A DNA stretch of 63,714 bases, counting the filler, from Rhabdomonas costata (Eukaryota): NCBI GenBank assembly GCA_019059605.1. It is 23 parts of 23 records of this genome, joined end to end, with 100 filler letters (N's around TTAATTAATTAA, not from the genome) between each part and the next. Parts side by side here need not be neighbours in the genome. Positions count along the whole stretch, not along the records: positions 36,092 to 38,762 come from JAHMHO010002404.1; positions 38,863 to 41,550 come from JAHMHO010002405.1; positions 41,651 to 44,323 come from JAHMHO010002406.1; positions 44,424 to 47,095 come from JAHMHO010002407.1; positions 47,196 to 49,866 come from JAHMHO010002408.1; 18 more parts are not named here. The stretch is one strand, 5' to 3'. The notes under the pieces were generated by a model that worked only from the letters and a program-made list of their open reading frames with translations, ran no database searches and was not told the DNA's origin. This document shows positions 36,114 to 47,709 of this stretch, one piece after another (the first letter of the stretch is position 1; each line of letters begins with the position of its first letter). Position numbers and translations under genes: made by a program.

Positions 36114-37672
36114 CTTGGCCTTGGCCTCGGCGTCGAAGGTCTTCATGTCTGCGGAGACGTAGGACGTGGTCATGAAATGCTTGCCGTGCTTCAGAGCCAG
36201 GCGGGCAGGCACCGTGTGAAGCAGGTAGGGCAGCAGAGAAATCACGGCGGAAGCCTCCTGTCATGCACACCAAAGGCCACAGCTGCAACGCCGCTCACCG
36301 TCGTTGGCAGTGGACAGATGCTGAGGGCCCGCTTCATCACAGGTTGGGATCACTGTTGCAGCTGCTGCCCTGTGGTGGCCTCACAACACTTGCCTCGTTG
36401 GCGAAGTGCCCTGGCAGGCGGCATCGTATAGAACGGGCAAACAGCCCCACCCCCCTCAGTATGTGCAGTTTCATGCTGAGGTGGCTGGGTATCGAACAGA
36501 GTTCGATTTGCCGCAGGCAGAGTTCTGAGAGCTGTTCCCCTGCAGAGCTCTTCCCCTCGTGTGGTAGGACAAAAACTGGCCACATTCCGTAGACCTATCT
36601 CAACATTGACTTGGGGGGGGCAAAATTGAAGACACAGGTGCTATTAAAAGGTAAATTTTGTCTAACTTGGCCTATTTTTGGCTACATTTGCTTAATTTTG
36701 GTCATTTTCAAGCATTTTGCAGTCGTTTTAGGTCAAATTCAACTCCCTTTTGGGGCGCCTCCCGGAGACTTCACCAGCGAGCAAGGGAAGATCATGGTGC
36801 AAGAGGAAGAATTTCATGGGGAGGACTGTAACTTAGGATCAAAAAGACCCCTTTGGATAGGAGTGCCAGAAAGTTTCGGAATAATTTGCCAATTTTCACA
36901 ACGGAGAGGATACTTTTTAAATTGAGTATTGTCAATTATCTGGGCGCCGTGGAGATGGTCTCAACATAGAAAACCACCAAAACCTCGACAACCTTGATAA
37001 GAGCCTCCATGGGCCCCACGTCGTCGGTGGACTCCGCGTCCAGCTGCTTGGCCTGAGCCCGCTTGCAGCCCTTGCACACCTCCTCGGCCTTCTTCAGAGT
37101 CCGCGACGCCACGATCACCGTGTAGCCATATACAAAGTCACACATACGTTTGAAAACACCAGGGCTCGAGAAGGAGGCCAAACAAAAGCTTCGCCCAGAG
37201 GATGTGCCTCGAAGATGGTCAGCACGATCACTGTCACGACATATTCAGTGCCCAACATCTGGCACAGCAGCAACGCAAATGCCAAGAGAGAGAGAGACGA
37301 GAAAGGAGTCATGATTAGGAGGTCTGTTCTCAGTGGTGGTTCAGTGACTGAGGAGGTGAAGCCATCCTGCGTCTCGAAGGTCAAAAAGGTATGTCCCACT
37401 CTGATGGAGTAATCGGCGCCTCATGGTGAGTCACAATTACGAGACGGACGATCGGCCCACAGCACTATCGACACTGGGAAGGTGTCGTGAGTTGCTGCAA
37501 GGAAACCGCAGTCCAACCCGAGGGCTTCCCATGACCATGTCAACGGTCAACAGCAAAGAATGCGGACGGGGAGGGGGGGGGAGTGGATGCCGACCTTGTC
37601 ATCAAGGTACTTCACCAGAGGAGGGCAAACCATTCCTGCGCCAAGCACCAGCACAACTTGTCCCGAGGCCAT
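36114..37672 (-). CDS. LYS9: Saccharopine dehydrogenase (NADP+, L-glutamate-forming), 5' part; exons 37672-37595, 37127-36993, 36257-~36114
   Basis: MASGQVVLVLGAGMVCPPLVKYLDDK|GYTVIVASRTLKKAEEV...ALIK|EASAVISLLPYLLH...HFMTTSYVSADM. Rossmann VLxLGxGxV, VAxRT, VISLLPY and TTSYVS motifs. The intron 1 acceptor is non-AG (see findings). Confidence 0.92.
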
Positions 37673-40600
37673 TGTGTGGGTCGCTCACTAAACGTGTAAG
37701 TTGCAGCACACGGCCAAAGAAACGTCACACTCGACACCTGAAACAAAAACCCATCAGAAGATCAACCACTAAACTCGGTTCACTGTCCAGCCACTTGAAA
37801 GCCAAACACTCATCAAAATCTTTCACGCACGGCACACACGGCACATCCCGAATGAAACGATCCACACGTGTGGTTTCCCACAAAAGAAGCTTTGGACGCA
37901 AATACTAACTGAAAGGCCCACCCCTATAATATGCAAAGTCGCCCCAGATACTTCCATTCACAATTCTACGGACTCTATCCTGCTTGTGGACCTCGCGTAA
38001 AGTAACTCTGAGAGTCTCGCCGTTTTCTTTAAGCCATCAAATTCCTGGGGTTTCCCGTCATTCATCCTTGACCGTCTGAAAGTTATAGCCGACAGTTTCC
38101 TTGCTCACCGTCATATTAGTGATATATATCGGACTTCTACAACACACACACGCATACTGAAATATACAACATACCTCCCGCTTGTCCATTTGCTGGTGCC
38201 CCACATTTCTATGCCCTAGTGATCAGAGGACACTGGACAACCCCGTTGGAAAATAAATTCGGTCAACGTTATCCAAACCTTCAAGTCATCCAGAAAAGGT
38301 CACCGTCATGCAGGCACGTCTCAAACCTCGAGGCGTGCTCGGTAACGACATGAACAAAAAAGAAAGGAAAGAAATCACTTTGAGGTGAAGTAGCGCTTGC
38401 TCTTCTGCTGTCTCGCACGTTCTTACGCAGCACAAGAAAAAGGGCGATGTCACCTCCCTGTAGGAATATGTAACCTCTAACTGACAGGGGCGGAGTGCAC
38501 CAGTGAGTAGGATAGGATTGTGTACCTGCGTGTTTTTCACAAGACCGCAGAGCACACAGAACCCTACAAGATTCGCACATAGTACAGAAAAGACAATGCG
38601 ACAAAAAAGGAAAGGAAAGAAGGGCCATTCGCCCCTCGCAAGGCATGGCCAGCACAAAGGAAGAAAATCATGAGAGTGGATACGGGCACGAAGATAGGCT
38701 GGAACCGGCCAGCGCTGGTATGGCCAGGCCCTGTTTTGCAGATCCCAACTACAAAAACACACNNNNNNNNNNNNNNNNNNNNNNNNNNNNNNNNNNNNNN
38801 NNNNNNTTAATTAATTAANNNNNNNNNNNNNNNNNNNNNNNNNNNNNNNNNNNNNNNNNNNNTTTTGGTTGGCAGTTGTAATCCCCGTACTTTGCACGTA
38901 CCTACCACCACTTTTGTATTTTTACAATTGTGAGCCATGCGAATGCTCTCTGTGCAAAGGATTTTCTGTCCTCCCGATTCGATTCCCCAGTAAACGTATT
39001 TTCTCCTGCGACCTTTTTTTTGTTGCATTTGGTGTGGAGGGGTGTTGGGGTGTGTGCGTGTGGTTCCCTGTGACGTTTCAGAGTTTTGTGTGCAGTTGGG
39101 TTTTTTCCGCCCCTTCAGAAACCTCGAAGAGAGTTTGTGAGATTGCAACATCGCTGCAAGGGCGGTTTATATGTTGGTTCATGTGTTCAAGGAAGAAGGG
39201 GGGGTGGGGGTGGAGTTGATGAATTCAAGAAGAAGTTCGAATTTTGAGAACGCCAAGATTTCGGAGGTCTTTTCCACGGTGAGCCCTATCGTGAGAAGCA
39301 CTGCCTAGGACTGCTGTGTGCGCTGCTTTGTGGTACACACCGCAGATGGTGGAAACAAACTTAATGGGGCCTTGGCTGGGCGGGGCGGGGGGGCTTCGCT
39401 AAAAATCGGGAACCGATTCGTTTTGTTGTTGGGGCTTAAATTCATTTGCATATTGTTATTGTTATTGTGTATCCACAAATAGAAACCTAGAAACTTAAGG
39501 GAACAACAAGCGACTATTTTTTGGAATTAATGTGAGCAGGTGAAGAGCCAAGTTTGGTTTGGATAACCCCCCAGCCCCCAGCCTCGATGCAAACAACGCA
39601 GACAAATTAGTAAAAGGCCATCACTGACCGAACAGAAACTCAATTGCAGGCCGTATGCTGTGGGGATGCAGCCAAACTGTAAAATACAAGGAACAAAAAG
39701 CCAAAGAAGTGTAGCATAACGGAGGAGCGTCAAATCGGCGGCGAGGGGGGGGGGTCGGCACACATTTAATCAAAGTAAAAGACAACGTGCGAAGACAGCA
39801 TGCACAGGAAAGTTTTCGCTTTTTTTCCCGCTAAGAGCTACTTCATTTTCAAAACAAAAACAAAGAAAGAAAAAGAAAGAAAGGAAGACTATACGGTACA
39901 CTCACAAAGGCAAGCCTCTGTTCCTGGGCTCTCACAGCCCCCCGCCACTCGCGCGTGTCGTGGTGGGGATGCAGGAAATCTCCCTGCTCGGTTTTGATCA
40001 CACTCGGCAGCCCATGGCTGACTTCACTGGCAACTTCGGCACCCGGGAGTGGAGCCATCAGAGTGAGGAGTCCTACTCTCTCTGGACCTTCCGCAGAGCC
40101 CCGAGTAAGTGAGCTGGCCAGGCTTGCGGGTGGTTGTTCAGGCATGTCCCTTAGCATCCTGCTGCTCTGGCTGCCCAGCGTACTGACGTCATGGCCACAT
40201 AATGGAGGGCGGTGGGCATCCTTCTCTGGCTCTGAGCTTTCGCACTGGGACAGCTCTCCGCAGAGAAGAAATGGCATTGGTACTGGGCAAGTTGGGCTAC
40301 TTTTCCATCAGCGCGACTTAGCCCCACGTGAACTCCCCCTGCCCCTTGAAGCGCCCCTGCCTTTGCTGCAAGTGGTTCCACGTCAAAGCTATGGCCCGTC
40401 TTTTGTTGCAGTGATCCGCAGCCCCAAGCAAATACTGTTGAGTGATTATGCAGCGCTGCGTGAAGGTTGACAACACGGTGTCCTGTCTGTGTTTCTGCTG
40501 CTTTTTGCTCCCTGTGGAGTGGTTTGAGGCAGAGTTCCTGCTGTCAGGCTGTTTTCAGACCACGACGCAGTACGCGTTTTGGCGTGGGTGTGCGGTACGG

Positions 40601-41650
40601 GACTTCGCTGTGCCAAAGGGTTTTTCTGTTTCGTGCCCCCCTCGACCCACCCGTACACACACTATCGGAGTTGGCCAATTTTTTACGTTCGTAAAAAAAC
40701 AAAAAGAAACGTAGGGGGAACGTAAAATCCAGGGTTCCCAAAAAACGTAAAATATCATTAAAGAAACGTTAAAAATGGATGTGAAAGATGTAGAAGTCGA
40801 CTATTGGTCTCCTATGAGGCAGGCACGGGGTGGCCTCACCGATCATCTTGTTGGTAAAGTGTTGTTTTGTGTTCATGCACACCCATGGATGGCTCCGCCA
40901 CTCACTCCGCCACCCATGGATGGCAGCGGCTGAGCGCCTCCTTCGCACCTGAAATAATTCCATTCCTTTTGTACTGCAGTCCTAAACAAAGCAACAGGAC
41001 ACAGAGCATGCCCGCACAAACGGGGTGCAACTGTAGCAGCGGTGCAAAGCAGAGGGTTGGATGCGCACGGGATGTACACGGCGGCAACTGAGGCGCAAAA
41101 ATTGCAGTCTTCTGGTAACCCTTCCGCCCTTCTGTGGCAAAGTTATGTCAAAGTTGGCATTAGCAGATCCGGTTTGGGTCGGAAGGGGACAATTTTTCAT
41201 ATAGAAATGCGAAAATATGCGAAGCGCTTCGTGAGCGACAGCAAAACGAGGTATCCAGGCCAATTCCAACACGAATGGTTGCATGGATTTTTCCGAAGTC
41301 CGCCGTAAATTGTATTAAAAAGTATATTAAAAAGGTTTATATTTTTTTGTATAAAAGAAGGCGCCCCTGGCTGGTGTGTGTGTGTGTGTGTGTGTGTGGA
41401 TGGGCACGACGCACACTCTCACCCCAATGCCCGTCGTGTCTTCCAGCACGAACAGCAGCACCGTGAACGCGCCAAAAAAAACCCAACAGGTGTGCAGAAC
41501 AAGCAGCACAAGGACACGCCACAGCACACCGCGCCAAGGCGCCCTGTGTGNNNNNNNNNNNNNNNNNNNNNNNNNNNNNNNNNNNNNNNNNNNNTTAATT
41601 AATTAANNNNNNNNNNNNNNNNNNNNNNNNNNNNNNNNNNNNNNNNNNNN

Positions 41651-44274
41651 GGGGTGGGGGGATGTGGTTCTTCAGTCCTCCAAAAGACCCGCAGGGCCGC
41701 CCGGCGTCTCCCGTGGAGTCCTGGCTCACCGAGGCGGTGTTTAACGACCTCTTCCCCAAGGCCAACATTGGGTGGGGCCCCAACCCCTGCCTCCCCTACA
41801 GCTACCAGAGCTTTGTGGTCGCGCTGCGGTACTTCCCAAGCTTTGGCTCGGGCCTGCCCGCGGCGACCGCGGACCCCACAGGGCGGCCCTTCCCTGTTGC
41901 GTACACCCCGGCACAGGCCGCCCGGCGCACCCTAGCGGCGTTCTTCGCGCATGCCATTCAAGGTCTCTCTTCTTCACTCTCTGTTGCTTTGTTACGTGTG
42001 TGTTCTTCCGCAGGGAAGAGCGTGCTAGTTCCGAGGCTTCCCGTGCTGAGACAGTCAAAGTTATTCCCTTGCCCAAAAATGTATTCACCACACAGTTCAA
42101 AATATTCAAAATATTGCTTGGAAAGTCTTGAAACTTAGAAAGCTGTCAACAGCAGGGTTGCTCGGTTCCTGTTGGAATACAGATGGGATTCTGAGCCAGC
42201 GATGTAACAAAACAGCCCACAGCACTGACTGACAGCCTCCAGTGGTTGGGCGTCCTATCACCGTCTCACACGGGACCTAAGGGAATAACCATAGCGCATG
42301 GTACAACCCAGTGAAAGGAACCCACGTGCAGTAGCAGTGGCGATAGTGGTAGTGGTCATGGCGTATGTTATGCCCGTTGATATTAATCACCACACAGGTT
42401 AGTCTATCTAACACACCGGTCAACTGCGCCAAAAACTACCCCACATACAGCACTCCACTCCAGCATTGGGTGGAAGGATGTGCGTATGTATAGTGGTAGT
42501 TATAGCAGTGGTAATCCCCTGCATAACACCCGTGGTAGGTTGGGGTAACATGCATTCACCAAACTATGACCAGCAGCAGCCAACACCCAAACCTAAACTC
42601 AAGGGTTCCTCATGCGTACGGCCGGACGGATGAAAGGACCGAAGTGACACGTGGGAGCAATCGCGCTCAAAGTCGTTGCTTTCCGCTTCAAACCATCCAT
42701 TGTCAGGACACCTGCACTCGCTTTCATTCGCCATTTCCATGAGCCTGTGGGGTTTTAACGAGCCGGCTCTCACTTTCGACAACTTTGCCGTACTTACCGG
42801 GAATAAGGTTTTGTGGCTCCGATGACGGCGGTGTTTGTTGCTTTGCGTACTCACACGCCCTCGCACGGACATGCCCGCACCCCCAGAGACCGGGGAGAAT
42901 GATGCCAACCTGTACACCATCATGGCCAACCCCACGGAGGCCGACGACTGCTTCTACCGGGGCGGGCTCTTCAACTGGGTGGAGGGGGGCCCCAGCAGCC
43001 TGTTCCTGCCCCACCAGCCCAGCTCAATCGCAGACGCTGAGACGTGCACCGCCGCGGGCAAGTACTGTGATCTCACCTCCGGCTACTTCTTTCCCTGCTC
43101 CACGGCCACCAGCGGGACATGGTTCCAGGCATGGCAACCTGCCTTATGCAAGGGATCCCCGTCCCGGCACCTCTGGCGCACTCACTCGCCGTGCTTTTTT
43201 CCTTTCCATTACTTCTTTTTTTGTGTTCCATTGTCCATTTTGCGACTGAAACAGGCAATGTCTCTGTTGGTCAGTTGGTATCCTGTGAACGAAAATCTCC
43301 CGCTTTGTAGTGAATGTGCGCGAGTCTGCGTCTGTGCTGCGATAGGATGAGTAGGACGCTGTGAGGTCGGAACGCGGTCTCCCCCTCTCTCCTCCTTTCA
43401 ATCCCTTCCATAGGGGTGCTACTTCGGCCGCGGGGCGGTGCAGTTGTCGTACAATTTCAACTACGGGCTATTCAACCGTTGGCTGAACCAGAATGGGGTG
43501 ACCCACAACGGTAACCCGGTGGACCTGCTCCAGGTGCTCTTCCTTTCCGCTGGTTGTTGGTTAGCCCATCGCTCGTGCAAAACCCCACCTAACAATAAAA
43601 AACAAATACGAAGATATAGAAGCAGAAACAGGCATTGTTATGACCTAAAGAGAGTGGCATTCCTTCTGCCTGCCCAACCCTTTTTTTGCCTGGCGTTCGA
43701 TACCCCCCCCCCCTTTTTTTTGCGATTTGCGATGTGTTGTCTCCTCCCTACTCGGCTATCAGGAGCCCAATTTGCTTCTGACCAAGACTGACCCCCCGCT
43801 TGCGCTGATGGCCTCGATCTGGTTCTTCGTCACCCCGCAGGTGGCCAGAGTTGTCGTACAATCCCTCCCTTCTTTTGACCCATTTCGATGGTCTCAGTGG
43901 TCCCTGTGGACTCTTTTCCCTACTCTTGGGCTATTCATCGGTATTCATATGCAGAAGGGCTGCGCACAATGAGAAACTGAATTGCATTCTGGAAATATTA
44001 AGTGCTTCTGTCAGGTACTGGACACCGAGCGTTAAGCGGAACCTGTATTGGGGGGGGGGCGTTTGTGTGCATCTGAAATGAACGGGCAGCTCTCGCTGAA
44101 CCTCTCCTTGTAAGATAATATGCACACATCCCGTGCCTTCGGTTTCAAACCTAGATGCAATCGGTAAATGTGGGTCCCTGTGTGGCGGTGTGCAGCCCCC
44201 CAAGCCTGCAATGGCGGATGTCATTTCCGGGCGATGGGTTCCCTCCGCCGCCAACCAGCAGAAGGGCTTCTTTG
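41651..44274 (+). CDS. Glycoside hydrolase family 19 chitinase (nematode-type subgroup), partial; exons ~41651-41962, 42887-43128, 43414-43533, 43763-43840, 44196-44274
   Basis: PYSYQSFVVALRYFPSFG, LAAFFAHAIQ|ETG (catalytic Glu), NWVEGG (second Glu), GCYFGRGAVQLSYNFNYG, ASIWFFVTPQ|PPKPAM. Phases are consistent given one GC-AG intron. Confidence 0.93.
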
Positions 44275-45509
44275 GTACGCGTCACGTTTGTTTGTTTGTT
44301 GACTCTTTGGAACTCCTCTCTGCNNNNNNNNNNNNNNNNNNNNNNNNNNNNNNNNNNNNNNNNNNNNTTAATTAATTAANNNNNNNNNNNNNNNNNNNNN
44401 NNNNNNNNNNNNNNNNNNNNNNNGGGTTTGTGGGGTTTTGTTTGCTTGTTCGCTTGTTTGCCTGTTTTCTGTTCCACGTGTTCGCATCTTCTTCGAGTTC
44501 CACCGCGGTCCCTTCCCTTTCCACTCGCGTATTCTTTGTTTCTTGTGAGTCCGCTATTAGCGAGCGGAATTAGAGATCGCCTTGGCGGATTCCCGCCTTT
44601 TCCCTTTCCGGTCTTTGGCATTGACCAAGCTCGCAATGAAGGGCCCGAGGTGCGACGACCCAAAGCGAGCTTTCAAAAGAAAAAGACTAGCCCCCACAAG
44701 AAATCAGTTTTGGAATGCCTCTTGCATCTTGCTGGTTTTTGTCAGACAACAGGACAGAAATATTTGAAGGCGGAGGCCCCACGTTGGCGGCGAGGCAGCT
44801 CCCCGGCGCCGCCGGAGCTGGGGACGGTGGGGGAATGTCTTCTACTCCCGGGTTTGTTTTGAACGTTCCTGACGCAGGTGTTTTTTCTCGACGTCTATAA
44901 AAGACCATACCGTTCCCGATCACCTTCTCAGTTGAGATGGCGGGAGCAAAAAGACGATAGCGACCCAAAATGCTGATGGCGTTCGCCATCGTCTTTTGAA
45001 AGACGATAGCAAACGCTGTACCAAGCCATTTGAGTGCGGACTTCCCAGCATTCCCAGCGCCGTGTCACAAGAGTTCGGTTAGCACAGGCTCGGCTCAGAG
45101 GAAGCGCGCAAAAGGAAAAGGAAAAGGAGGAATGGGGTGAGGACTATTTTTTCTTTCAGAATTCAAAGTTAAATTTAAGCGACAACGCTCCCCCCGCTCC
45201 CCAGAGAAAACGAGCTACACGGCAGGGGTGTCGCCCTTGCAGAACAGCCAGTTCCCGCTTCCAGCGGCCAGGCGAGAGGGATCTGCCTCCTCTCAATTGT
45301 AAACAATCGTAAATAGTATTTGAACACGCCGCAGCAAAAGCTATGTAAAACACCCATTGGGAAAAGGCCTCGCTCACCTGAGTATTGCTCGCTTTTCTAT
45401 TGCCGAGTTGCCCGGGTTTGTCAAAATGAACTTCACAAATTCCTTGGCTATCTTGTAGCCCTAGACCTAGTAGCCCCAGCCATTCATGGTTGGTTGCAGG
45501 CGGCCACGT

Positions 45510-45639
45510 GCCAGTTGCCGAGCCCTTTTCGGGGTGGGCAGTTCGTTGTAAAGTACGTTGTGGGTGCTGTCGTAAACCCTCCGCTGCGTGGCTGCGTGGA
45601 GCAAGAAGCGGCGCAAAAGGGTTACGAAAGAGCCGCCAA
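45510..45639 (-). repeat. Second copy of the LINE-like dispersed repeat at 8102-8221
   Basis: Aligned by eye: gccagttg.cgagc.c.tttcgg.gt.gg...ttgtaaagta.gttgtgggtgctgtcg.aaaccct.cgc...caagaagc.gcgcaaaagg..ta.gaaagagccgccaa. Confidence 0.85.
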
Positions 45640-47709
45640 GGGGCACTAAGGGGTGAAAGGTCGGGACTCCTAACCCCAAGGACCGGCCACGCAGCGTTTC
45701 GGGGGGGCCTGCTGTATACAAAGTAAAAGACCCCAGGCCTGCTTCGGCTTAGCTCTCCACTTGTAAGTACTATTAAACGTTTCGCATTAAAAAAACTACA
45801 CAAAAAGACAGCATTCGCCTGTTTCCCATGATTTACGAACAGCACAACTTCCTTTTACTTGCCCAATTGCACGAGCAAAAGTTCGGTCAAAGTGTACCCA
45901 CAAAGGCAGGGCAACCCATCGCACTGAACGGACCTTTGTAGAGCAGCTCATTGCGCTGACCATCATCGGCATCATCTATTTTCCGAGGTAGTGAAGAAGA
46001 ACTGACATGAGCGTCCATGTGAAATATAGCTACAACCAAAGGTCAAGGAGGAGATAAGTTTTCGAGACGAATGTCATGTCATCCTAATTAACGGTTTATG
46101 ATATATATTATTATAATATATATTTGACTGAATTTTGAATTTTTTGTCAATTGTAGATGTTTGCAGATGGGCTCATTCAAAACAGCATTTTCCTCACCAC
46201 AACTAGGTTCTATGCTTTGCAGAAGTGTCGTTTTGGTTAAAAAAAAAAGTTGGTATTTCAATTAAAACAAGATCGAGACAGAACTGTGTATACAAAACAC
46301 CACCAAAATACCGGAGCTTCTTCTTACCCATTGACCTTTCAACTGGGCGTTGTTCTTAGAAAATGCAATTGAACTTTTTGGAGGCTTTGGTTTGCCGCAT
46401 AGCATAGCATTGAAACGTTGATGTTTTCGATCCGGTCATGGCATTGAACCTTGGACGGTTTTCGTTGGATTAAATTGACCTTCAAGCTCGTGTGGGCGCA
46501 GTCCCGCTGGACTCCCCCAGGTGTGGTGACTCACCCCCGTCCGCGCTCGTTTGCTCCTCGACGCCATGCACCCCAGCCGATTGCTGCGCTGGTGTGCCGT
46601 GAGCCCCGTGTGTGCGCGTTTTTTGGCCGAAGGAGCCGCTTTTATGGGCTGAAGGGGGCAAAAAAGAAACACAGCAATAATAGGTCCAACCTCCTTTTCC
46701 ACAAAAGTGACCAAAGTGCCGAGTTTTTTCTGTCATCATCATGTGGTTCCGGTCACTGGTCACATGAACAGCTTTGTGACTTCGTTGGGCACAGAAAACT
46801 GCTGAAATCATCGCCCAAACGCGTCCGTTCGGCTCCTTTCGCTACGCGATGCCTACCCTGTGCCTCGATGTGGCAGGTGCGAAGCCCCCCCTCGAAGAAT
46901 TCACGCATTCGGCAGGACTTCAATGCCCCTGCAATGTTGCGGGGGGGGGTGCTGTTTGCGAATGTTTCCGCGGTCTAGATAGTGGTGGCGGGAGTTCTCA
47001 ATCACATTACCGGTAATACACGCGCAAAGGGAGAATTTTTTTTGCTTTACTTTAAAGCACACGATTGGGATAATAGAGTGGTCTCAAAACAAAACNNNNN
47101 NNNNNNNNNNNNNNNNNNNNNNNNNNNNNNNNNNNNNNNTTAATTAATTAANNNNNNNNNNNNNNNNNNNNNNNNNNNNNNNNNNNNNNNNNNNNTGGAC
47201 ATGCTAAAAAAGGTAAATGCAACATCAACACTACGTCTCGCAACTTCCTGGAGGGGCCTCCACTTATCCAACACTTGCAACGTTGGATACATGCCTTTCC
47301 CGAAAGTCTGCTGAAGACGAAGATCAAGGCACTGAACAAGTCCTTCCCAAGGCAAAAAAAACAAAGCGAAGAAAAGACAATCGCCACAGAGCACTTCAAA
47401 GCTCCACGAGCGCCATGAAATCACCATTTCAAAAACAAACATGTGCGGCAAAAGTACAAAGTAGACACAACTCAACCCGAGGAATTCCCTCTGAACGTGG
47501 ATGTAAACCCCTTTCGGACATGACGAGGGAGATACGCACACAGCGCACACTAAAAAGGGAGAGGAGGAAATCCCGTCTCCCAGCAAACGCTGCGACTTAC
47601 TGCTGAGCAAAACTCCTTAAAAAGAAGCATCTTGCTTTTTGAAATGAGTCACAGCAACAGGGAATGACACCAAGTGTAAACCTGACAGGGGAATCAAGGG
47701 TGCCGAATC

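Noticed and set aside
39849-40480. ORFs on contig 15, and similar low-complexity ORFs at 50247-50767, 52250-52620 and 53010-53290
   Set aside because: They may be real exons, but frame, strand and product cannot be fixed from sequence alone.
44948-45012. Small imperfect hairpin and direct repeat (aaagacgatagc) as a terminator or regulatory RNA
   Set aside because: Short, in eukaryotic context, with no associated gene or second copy.
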